From a virus, in IMG/VR virus record IMGVR_UViG_3300027857_000001, positions 1 to 64,000 of that record: a stretch of DNA of 64,000 nt. The stretch is one strand, 5' to 3'. Positions 28,369 to 36,012 of the stretch are shown one piece after another. A program made the translations under genes and the position numbers. Under the pieces are notes generated by a model. The model had not been told where the DNA came from, did no database searches, and saw only the letters and a list, made by a program, of their open reading frames with translations. How positions within the stretch are numbered: the stretch's first letter is position 1; every line of letters begins with the position of its first letter.

Positions 28369-28405
28369 AAACGGAACGGGACGGCCATGCAGGTGACCGT
28401 CCCGT
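28369..28405. terminator. Terminator hairpin, element B copy
   Basis: Reverse complement ACGGGACGGTCACCTGCATGGCCGTCCCGTTCCGTTT versus 15608 ACGGGACGGCCGCCTGCATGGCCGTCCCGTTTCCGTTT. Confidence 0.7.
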
Positions 28406-28711
28406 CCAAGCCATGCCCTGCCGCGAATCCACAGCATCACCACGGCGAGCCGTGACGCCCCGCTTCTTCCAGGAGCACCTGCATGCCCGCGACGGAACCG
28501 GGCGGAGTGTGGTTATCCCGCATGGGTTTTCCGGAGAGGCTGCAAGGTCAGGCTGGGTACCAACGTGACCACCCCCTCACGGTCCGGGAGATGAACTCCC
28601 GGCCACCAGGGTACCCGGAACATGGGGTAGACAGCGGCCGGATCTGGGGTCCGCGCTGACCAGCCACGACACCTAACCGCAGGCCAGCACCGTTTCGCAG
28701 AACCCTCCTAG

Positions 28712-28910
28712 ATGGCAGCTCCGAAGGAAAGGCTGCTGCGTTGTGAGCGCAGCCGAGCTGCGCAAGCAGGTCCGCCGAGCACTTGAACCCGGCGCACATC
28801 AGGACCGCGTCGAACTGCCTGGCCGCTGATGCGCCGTTGCCCGCAGGCCCGGCAGGCAGCGGAACCCGGAACGTCTTGCGGATGACAAGCTTCTCCAGCT
28901 CGGTGCTCAT
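28712..28910 (-). pseudogene. N-terminal shard of a host-type protein (resembles SCO0854/MXAN_6230-type RING-domain family)
   Basis: MSTELEKLVIRKTFRVPLP...ARQFDAVLMCAGFKCSADLL; the frame runs into the element B end. Confidence 0.4.
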
Positions 28911-28969
28911 GATGGCGGATTATCCTCCCTCAGCCGGCAGCGGCATACCCGGTTTCCCTTGACGCCCCC

Positions 28970-29446
28970 GGCCAGGTTCTGTTCTTCTCGGCGTCAGGCG
29001 CCGGGTCCCTCCCGGAGACCATCGCCCTGTTCGCAGTATCGGGCGGGACGCTCGTGCACAGCGAGTCAGCGACGTGGGCCGGCGCGGCCGGGAGCGGCTG
29101 GGTGCGGGCGTCGTTCAGCAGCCCGCCGTCCCTCACCGTGAGCACGAACTATGTCGCCGCTGTATTCGATTCTGGTGGCTTCAACTGGTACAGCGGCACG
29201 CACAACTACTGGGACACAGGCGCCGGCTCGGGCGGCATCACTAACGGGCCGCTGTCCGCGCCGAACAACGCCGGTGCAGCGCACGGCCAGGACGCATTCG
29301 ACAACTCCGGGCCGCTGGCGTTCCCCACCACCAGCTTCCAGGCCACCAACTACTGGATGGACCCCGAGGTCACCGTCACGGCCGCGACGGCAGGGAGGCC
29401 TCCCCTGATCGCCGGCCAGGCCGTACAGCGCGCAGCCGCCTGGTAA
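28970..29446 (+). pseudogene. 5'-truncated DUF4082-like gene
   Basis: SGWVRASFSSP..LTVSTNYVAAV...NGPLSAP...AFPTTSFQATNYWMDPEV; no credible start. Confidence 0.55.
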
Positions 29447-29473
29447 CACCCTCTCAGACCGGAAGGACCCGGC

Positions 29474-29660
29474 ATGCTCTACACCGCCTGGACCAACGCC
29501 GACGTGGCCCTCACTGCGGCGACCGCCAAGACCGCACTGTACATCATCCCCCCGGCCGGGTTCGGCTACCAGCTGTGCGTGGTGGAAATCGGCGTCGAGT
29601 TCGAGGGTGCGGTCCAGGGTACCGACTGCCTGACCGAGCTCGTCGAGTCCACCGCCGCTT
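29474..29660 (+). pseudogene. 3'-truncated phage structural-type gene
   Basis: MLYTAWTNADVALTAATAKTAL...IGVEFEG; cut where the cas1 shard begins. Confidence 0.35.
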
Positions 29661-29865
29661 CGAGGTCCGCCTGAAAGGCGCGGAACTGTCGTCGGTCCGG
29701 GTCCTGGACGTGTCGCAGATCTGCATACGCGGCAACGCCATGGTGACCGCGCAGGCGCTGCGGAAGGCGCTGGCCGCGCAGATCCCGGTGTGCTGGTTCT
29801 CCTACGGCGGGTGGCTCAGCGGGATCACCACCTGCCGGGGAAGAACATCGAGCTGCGCCGCCGCC
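29657..29865 (+). pseudogene. cas1: cas1 fragment (Cas4-Cas1 fusion type), frameshifted
   Basis: RFEVRLKGAELSSVRVLDVSQICIRGNAMVTAQALRKALAAQIPVCWFSYGGWLSGITT, then in another frame LPGKNIELRRR. Confidence 0.75.
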
Positions 29866-30257
29866 GCAGCTGCGGCTTCCCTCGCCAGGGCAAGGGCTGC
29901 TTTCGCCGCCCGCACCGCATCCTCCGCGGCGATGATGGCCGCCGGGTTCCCTTGCCGCTTCGCGTACCCGAGGCGGGACTTCGCCCTCGAGAGGGCTTGC
30001 CCGGCGGACTCGGCGGCCCCCTCCGCCTCGCGGAGGGCCGCGAGGATCGGGGTAACCTGCGGGTCAGCTTCCCAGGCGGCGTCCTTCTCCTCCTGGTACT
30101 TCCGCTCGGCCGCGACGTCCTCGTTGGCCAGCTCGTGCACGCGGCGGACCTCTGCCATGACCGGGTCCTGTACCGGGCCCCGGACCCGGTACCGGTACGC
30201 GATCGGCACGGTCCCAGGCGCGGCGCCCTCTCCGGTTCCGTCCATCGTGATCACCAT
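29802..30257 (-). pseudogene. N-terminal ~130 aa of a Cas12m (V-U1/V-M)-like effector, truncated against the cas1 shard
   Basis: AYRYRVRGPVQDPVMAEVRRVHELANEDVAAERKYQEEKDAAWEADPQV plus a long helical hairpin; aligns with my recollection of the MmuCas12m N-terminus; no RuvC. Confidence 0.55.
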
Positions 30258-30413
30258 CCGGGGTTGTCTGTTAACGGTCAGAAAGGATACTCCCGGAGTC
30301 CGGGATAATGTGCCGGTATGACGGGCTCTGCAGTACTTCGCCCGGCATGCGCGCCGCCCAGGGACCCGAACCCTGGTGTATGCCATCACGGCCGCCTTCC
30401 GTACTTCGCCGCG

Positions 30414-31256
30414 TCAGCGCTGGACGGTCCCCGTCAGCGCGTCCCACAGCTGGCTGCTGCTCACGTCCATCGTCGCCGTCGTGTTGTCCGGGAAGATGCC
30501 GCGGAAGAAGCCTGTCAGGTTCGTCACCTGGAGGACCGGGCGCGGCTGGTCGGTCGGGTAGCCATCCGGGTAGGTGAGGACGAACGGGTGAGAGAAGTTC
30601 GTGTTCGCCCCGTTGATCAGGGGAACGCCGTCCTCAGTGCCCGTCGACTCGCCGAAACTGTTGCTGTCCCCGAACTGCTCCGGGCCGCCGCTGCCATCGA
30701 AGGCGTCGACGATCCACACTGTCCTGCCGGAGACGCCGCACGGCTGCAGCGTCACCTTCTCGCCCGCAACAGGGGTGGCGGCGAGTCCGGCGCACTCGCC
30801 GGTCGCGGCACCGAACGGGGTGTACTCGATCTCGTACGCATCCAGGTTCGCGTTCCCGTCGCTTTCGTCGGTCCCGAACACGCATGTCGGGAACGCGACA
30901 GTGCCCGCGATGCAGCCGTAGTGCAGAGAGGTCATCGGGCTGACAAGGCCGGCCTGGGCGAAGTCCGATACCGTGCCCTGATTCTCGAAGACGAAGTCCT
31001 CGGCCGGGTCATGGTTCGACTCGCGGAACAGGATGATCGACGTACCAGTCGCGACACCCTGCTTCGCGGAGTCCATCAGGAAGCCCGGGTGGCCGGTAAC
31101 GCCGTCGCCGAACTGGTCGCTGAAAACGTCCACGCAGGACGGCCCGCAGGACGGGGTTGCGGCGTAGGCGGTGGCGGCGAGGGTCCCGCCGCCGAGGATG
31201 CCTGCCGTGAGCGCGGTCAGCCCGAAGAAGTACTTGCTCCTGTGCATGAGCTTCAC
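30414..31256 (-). CDS. Secreted Cys-containing protein (ricin-B/lectin-like)
   Basis: Signal peptide ending ATAYA; paired Cys; TLQPCG...TVW motif. Confidence 0.55.
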   Translation of the reverse strand: MKLMHRSKYFFGLTALTAGILGGGTLAATAYAATPSCGPSCVDVFSDQFGDGVTGHPGFLMDSAKQGVATGTSIILFRESNHDPAEDFVFENQGTVSDFAQAGLVSPMTSLHYGCIAGTVAFPTCVFGTDESDGNANLDAYEIEYTPFGAATGECAGLAATPVAGEKVTLQPCGVSGRTVWIVDAFDGSGGPEQFGDSNSFGESTGTEDGVPLINGANTNFSHPFVLTYPDGYPTDQPRPVLQVTNLTGFFRGIFPDNTTATMDVSSSQLWDALTGTVQR

Positions 31257-31395
31257 AGCTCGTTTCCTTCCGTTTGTGCAGCGCAGCCCCTGCGGCGGCG
31301 CTCCGGTAACCGTCCCCGGGTTGCGGCGGGGAGGGAGTCCTGAGGTCCGGCTGCCCGGATGGTCCGGGCCGGTGCCGCAAGCTCACCCCGGGCAG

Positions 31396-31695
31396 TCACG
31401 CCGACCCCTTCGTGAGCTTGCGGCGCGGAGTCCTGGCCTGGAGTGTCCCGTCGCCGGGATCGTCGGCCTGGCGGCGCTGAGGCGCCCGTGACGGCAGAGA
31501 GGCACCCGGCGCCGGCGCCCTGGCGCCGGCGCGGGCGATCTCGGCGAGCTGCTGAGGGGTGAACAGCGTCGTCCGCCCGAGCTTCGTTGACGGGATCGCT
31601 CCGGTCCGCGCGTGGACTTTCAGCCAGTTGGCGGACTTGTGCACGATGGGTGACGCCTCCTCGGCGCTGAACAGAACGGGTGCCCCGGAGGTCAT
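31396..31695 (-). CDS. HTH_17 excisionase-like protein
   Basis: FSAEEAS..VHKSANWLK.HARTGAIPSTKLGRTTLFT. Confidence 0.7.
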   Translation of the reverse strand: MTSGAPVLFSAEEASPIVHKSANWLKVHARTGAIPSTKLGRTTLFTPQQLAEIARAGARAPAPGASLPSRAPQRRQADDPGDGTLQARTPRRKLTKGSA

Positions 31696-31874
31696 GACGC
31701 CTTCTTTCCTGCGCGCTCGCACGCTTTCAGCCACGCCTCGACCGCCGCCGGCCTGTAGCGCACGCCGTGCCCGACCTTGATCCAGTCCGGCCCGGTGCCT
31801 CTCGATCGCCATGCGGCCAGCGCGCTGACCGTGATCTCCCCGCCCAGGTACGCGGCCAGCTCGGCTGACGACAT
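31692..31874 (-). CDS. AlpA/Xis-like HTH protein
   Basis: SSAELAAYLGG..TVSALAAWRSRGTGPDWIKVGHGVRY. Confidence 0.75.
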   Translation of the reverse strand: MSSAELAAYLGGEITVSALAAWRSRGTGPDWIKVGHGVRYRPAAVEAWLKACERAGKKAS

Positions 31875-32021
31875 GAGCGGCTCCCTCTGCGGGGCCACGT
31901 CGCGGTCCTGCACCGGCACCTCCAGTCATCCGTTCCGGGTTTCCCCGTCCATGCTGAAATCATCTTGTCACGACTATGGCGGGATTGGCAACGAAACCAT
32001 GATCATGTAATGTCTTGTCAC

Positions 32022-32522
32022 ATGTCGCCAGGTGATGAGGAGCCGCAGCGGGAGCATCCGCGGGAGGTCGGCGATAACGTGCGCCGGTACCGGGAGTTCC
32101 GGGGCATGAGCCAGGAAGCCCTCGCCCGCGAGATGGTGAAGCGGGGTTTCCCCTGGTTCCAGTCCACGGTCTACAAGGTGGAGCACTCGGGGCGGCGCAT
32201 GGAGATGTACGAGGGCCGCGCCGTATGCGACATCCTCGGCATCTCCGTCGACAGGCTGTTCTGGGCCGGCGATGAAGCTGCCGAGATGGCGCTGGTCGAA
32301 GGTGCCATCTCATCGCTGAGGCAGGCGCACGACGAGACCGCCCGGGCGGTCGCGCGGCTTGACGCGGCCGCGCGCGCCGCCGCGCGCACCCTGAGGGACC
32401 GCGGCGGCAGCAGGTACGAGCGGGTCCGGGAGACCTGCGGCGACCTGGAGGCCGAGCTGGGATCGTCCACGCTCGACCTGGCCGTCGCGAGAGCGGGGGA
32501 GATCCTGGATGGTGACAGCTGA
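32022..32522 (+). CDS. XRE-family repressor
   Basis: VRRYREFRGMSQEALAREM...QSTVYKVEHSGRR; divergent from the xis genes, coupled to int. Confidence 0.8.
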   Translation: MSPGDEEPQREHPREVGDNVRRYREFRGMSQEALAREMVKRGFPWFQSTVYKVEHSGRRMEMYEGRAVCDILGISVDRLFWAGDEAAEMALVEGAISSLRQAHDETARAVARLDAAARAAARTLRDRGGSRYERVRETCGDLEAELGSSTLDLAVARAGEILDGDS

Positions 32523-34168
32523 TGGCGTACGCGGAGCGGGTGAGATCCCCGAAGGGCGACTACTGGCGCGGCCGGTACCAGGACCCTGACGGCCGGTACC
32601 TCACCGTGCGGGACGCAGGCGGCCGGGTCATAAGGTACCCGGCGAAGCTGGACGCCGAGCATGGTGCCGACGACGCCGAGTCAGCGGTCCGCGGCGGCGA
32701 CTGGATCGACCCGCGTGCGGGGCTGGTCACGTTCGGGGAGTGGGCCAGCGCGTGGTACAGGAAGCAGGACCTGGCCGAGTCCACGATGGAGAACTACCGG
32801 CAGCACCTCGTGTACCACCTGCTGCCGTATTTCCAGCACAAAGCCCTCGCCGACATCAGCGAGGAGATGATCGGCAAATGGGCCCGGTCAGAGAGGGCCA
32901 GGGGCTACGAGCCGGACAGCATCAGGACCTGGCGGGCCACCCTGCACACCTGCCTGGAGGACGCGACAGGCACGCACATCAGCGTGAACCCGGCCACCCG
33001 GAAAAGGGGCAGGGGGAAGAGATCGGGCCGCGCCGCCGGGGACAGCGCCGAGGAGAAGATGATCACCGACCCGCTCGGCGTCCTGCTCATCGCCGAGCGG
33101 ATGGCGATACTCTCCGGCCGCGACGACGAGCTCGTCATGGTCGTCACGGGATTCTGGGATGCGCTGCGGCTCGGCGAGACTGTCGGCCTGGAGAGCAGGT
33201 ACGTGCGTCCCCGGACACTGCGGGTGGACTGGCAGCTTCACGAGATCGGCGGGAAAGACCCCGGGACCGGCGCCCCTGGCGGCCGGCTGGTGCGCTGCCC
33301 GCCGAAAGACGGATCGAGGGGGACGCTGGACCAGCCGCAGTTCCTCGCCCGCCTGCTGGCCGAGCACATCATGCGGACCCGGCCGGAGCCATGCCCCTGT
33401 CACGGGAAGACCTACGTGTTCCGCGGCATGGGCATCCCGCGAGGCCCGCGCGGCTCCATGTCGATGCGTGAACTGGCCGCCCTCGCCGGGGTGTCGGAGA
33501 CCGTGGTCGCGACGGTGCTCGGCAAGCCGGGCCGCGTCAGCGAGCAGACACGCCGTCACGTCGAGGCTGTCATCGCCGCGTGCGGCTACCGGCGGGAGGC
33601 GGGGACGGACCGTCCCGCGTGGCACTGGCGCAGGTCCGCGTTCGAGGAACTGTTCACGGCTGCGGCATCGGGATGGCTCCCGGCCCGCGCGCCCCTGCCG
33701 CGCCGCCCCGTCCCGGTGGCCGGGGACTGGCCGGGCATGCGGGTGCGGGGCCGCAACGCGCAGGGCCGGGCGCAGTTCTGCTGGCTTCCTGTCGCCGAGG
33801 GGCTCACTCCTCACGGGCTGCGCCACTCGGCGAAGACGTGGATGGAGGAGGAGGGGATACCGGAGGTGCTGAGCGAGCAGCGGCTGCGCCACGAGATCGC
33901 CGGGATCTCCGGCCGGTACCGTCACGTGACGCAGAGGATGCGCGACGAGCTCGTGGCTGCGATGACGGCGGCGTGGGAGGGCGCGCTGGACGCGCGGCTG
34001 GCGATGTCGGAGCGCTCGCCGGCAGCGGTGCTCGACACGCTGCTGCGGGAGCGGCTCGAGGCGCGCAGGCCCAGGGCCGTCCCCAGGAATTCCCCAGAAA
34101 CAAGTGAAGCGGTGCTCCCGTTTCCTCGGGGCACCGCCTCTGACCTGGGTCGGGGTGGCCGGATTTGA
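32522..34168 (+). CDS. int: Tyrosine integrase with an inserted LacI-type HTH
   Basis: DALRLGE (R), PKDGS (K), HGLRHS (HxxR), LRHE...RYRH (H, Y); insert MRELAALAGVSETVVATVLGKPGRVSEQTRRHV. Confidence 0.88.
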   Translation: MAYAERVRSPKGDYWRGRYQDPDGRYLTVRDAGGRVIRYPAKLDAEHGADDAESAVRGGDWIDPRAGLVTFGEWASAWYRKQDLAESTMENYRQHLVYHLLPYFQHKALADISEEMIGKWARSERARGYEPDSIRTWRATLHTCLEDATGTHISVNPATRKRGRGKRSGRAAGDSAEEKMITDPLGVLLIAERMAILSGRDDELVMVVTGFWDALRLGETVGLESRYVRPRTLRVDWQLHEIGGKDPGTGAPGGRLVRCPPKDGSRGTLDQPQFLARLLAEHIMRTRPEPCPCHGKTYVFRGMGIPRGPRGSMSMRELAALAGVSETVVATVLGKPGRVSEQTRRHVEAVIAACGYRREAGTDRPAWHWRRSAFEELFTAAASGWLPARAPLPRRPVPVAGDWPGMRVRGRNAQGRAQFCWLPVAEGLTPHGLRHSAKTWMEEEGIPEVLSEQRLRHEIAGISGRYRHVTQRMRDELVAAMTAAWEGALDARLAMSERSPAAVLDTLLRERLEARRPRAVPRNSPETSEAVLPFPRGTASDLGRGGRI

Positions 34169-34364
34169 ACCGGCGGCCTCTTCGTCCCGAAGAAAGTAGC
34201 CGTAAGTTCACGGGTTACGTTAAACCAGGATGTTCTCACTGTTCCGACCAGGACGTTTTCGGTTCGCCAGGTCAGAGGCCCAACGGCAAAGTCGCGTTCA
34301 GCGGCGTTCAGCGATATCCGCTCACGTTCACGGCTAGTCTCGTCCCCAGGAATTCCCCAGAAAC
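34078..34364. repeat. 24-bp direct repeat flanking the att core (integrase arm sites)
   Basis: CGTCCCCAGGAATTCCCCAGAAAC at 34078-34101 and 34341-34364. Confidence 0.75.
34146..34191 (-). other. attP core = 3' half of tRNA-Pro(CGG), starting at the anticodon loop
   Basis: Reverse complement TTCGGGACGAAGAGGCCGCCGGTTCAAATCCGGCCACCCCGACCCA; no tRNA 5' half upstream. Confidence 0.85.
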
Positions 34365-34484
34365 GCCGTCCGCCGGGTTGCCGAGTCGGCTTGCCGCCGT
34401 CAGGCAGAACCCCATCCACGAATGCCCGGAGACTGACTCGCACCGTCTCGTGGTCGCAGCGATCGGCGCGATCTCAAGATGGAT

Positions 34485-35618
34485 GTCTCAGCAGATACGG
34501 CGCTGAGCGGACGTTGCGGCCGCAGAGGCCCCAGGGTCGAGGCGCTATTGAGGTGGATGTCTCAGCAGGTACGCACCCGAGCATGCGTTACCACCGCAGC
34601 CCGGCGGAGACTCGTGTTGCGTCGGCATCACGTCTCAGCGTTTACGCAGCTGAGCATGCGTTGCGACTTGACCGGGGTAGCGGTCAGGCCGACCAGGTAG
34701 GCGTCGTCTCAGCGTTTACGCAGCTGAGCATGCGTTACGACAACGCGCACGAACACAAGCGCACCTGGGACAGCCGGGTCTCAGCGTTTACGCAGCTGAG
34801 CATGCGTTGCGACCAGGACGAGGGCTCCACCCGCGGCCAGTCTCAGCTCAGTCTCAGCAGGTACGCAGCTGAGCATGCGTTGCGACGCCGCATGCACTCA
34901 TGGCACGGGTAGGTGGTGGTGGTCTCAGCAGGTACGCAGCTGAGCATGCGTTGCGACTCTTACAGGGTATGCTTCACCGTTCCTGGGATAACGGAGGTCT
35001 CAGCAGGTACGCAGCTGAGCATGCGTTGCGACCGCGCACACGCCACTGGCTTCGCTGCCTCGGCGTGGGTCTCAGCAGGTACGCAGCTGAGCATGCGTTA
35101 CGACGTCCAGGGTGCCTTCAGCCGCACGCTCCACCCACAGCGTCTCAGCAGGTACGCAGCTGAGCATGCGTTGCGACGCCGCATGCACTCATGGCACGGG
35201 TAGGTGGTGGTGGTCTCAGCAGGTACGCAGCTGAGCATGCGTTGCGACCGCGGAGTGGACATCCCGCCCGACGCATGGGATCTGAGGTCTCAGCAGGTAC
35301 GCAGCTGAGCATGCGTTGCGACTAGCGCTAAATTAGTGCTAACTTACCGTTGCGTGTGGTCTCAGCAGGTACGCAGCTGAGCATGCGTTGCGACCATGAG
35401 CGCGCCAGGATTGCCGAAGCGGTGCTTGAGTTCGTCTCAGCAGGTACGCAGCTGAGCATGCGTTGCGACCTTAACGTTGCCCTAGATCGAGTGCAACCAT
35501 TAATCCCGGTCTCAGCAGGTACGCAGCTGAGCATGCGTTACGACCGTAGGACAAACGTGAGGAGGCGACGACCATGGACATGGTCTCAGCAGGTACGCAG
35601 CTGAGCATGCGTTACGAC
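34485..35618 (-). CRISPR. CRISPR array: 16 repeats of 36 bp, 15 spacers of 35-39 bp
   Basis: Repeat (- strand) GTCGCAACGCATGCTCAGCTGCGTACCTGCTGAGAC; starts on + at 34485, 34559, 34632, 34706, 34778, 34851, 34922, 34997, 35069, 35142, 35213, 35287, 35359, 35434, 35509, 35583; first two degenerate (trailer). Confidence 0.97.
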
Positions 35619-35800
35619 CGCTCCCGGTTTTCACCGGGTATGGCCTGCGGGAATGCGGTGGCTTGCGAGCGGTCCTGAATGCTGGCCTCTAGCGGCTTAA
35701 CCGCCGCTCAATCCAGCCAGGGTTCGTGCCGTGTGACCTGCACGCGAGCGGCCCCCGGGGGTTCCGGGCACCACCGGGCCGCTCGCACGGACAGCCCGGG
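35619..35800 (-). promoter_or_regulatory. CRISPR leader
   Basis: Non-coding, adjacent to the non-degenerate end; inverted repeat GCGAGCGGCCC...GGGCCGCTCGC typical of actinobacterial leaders. Confidence 0.6.
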
Positions 35801-36012
35801 GGACGTTCAGTACAGCGGACAGCAGCAGAGCTGTCCCGGGCAGGCTCCCGCATCTGCGCCGGCCAGGGATGCCTGGCTGCGCGCGGTGAACCTGCCGCCC
35901 CGTCAGTGGCGGACGGGCACGCCATGGGTTATGGACTTGTCAAGAAACAGCCTGCACCGGAGTCTACCGGCGCAGGCTTAGCCTGTCGTCAGGCGTGGCC
36001 GCCGTGAGCCGG

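Larger units (their letters stand above)
23079..28711. mobile_element. Cargo transposon B (sibling of A, opposite orientation)
   Basis: Left end CTAGGAGGGAACCCCGAAAC (23079-23098); right end reverse complement CTAGGAGGGTTCTGCGAAAC (28692-28711); transposase near the left end. Confidence 0.75.

Noticed and set aside
15607-28405. One 13-kb inverted duplication or invertible segment
   Set aside because: The arms are diverged (~86% XRE, lower for the transposase), cargo differs, and four TIR/CTAG ends explain the symmetry better as two independent insertions.
34146-34230. Complete tRNA-Pro gene
   Set aside because: The D-arm and acceptor 5' strand are absent; only the att core is present.
34445-34480. 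A 17th, highly decayed CRISPR repeat (GTCTC...CGCAGC)
   Set aside because: Too few matches and the wrong spacing (40 nt to the next repeat).
35249-35286. Spacer reading RGVDIP (helicase motif V-like)
   Set aside because: A six-residue match in one of six frames is too weak.
34485-35618. Self-targeting spacers
   Set aside because: A by-eye scan found only a 12-nt match (GTCCAGGGTGCC near 40402); a computed search is still needed.
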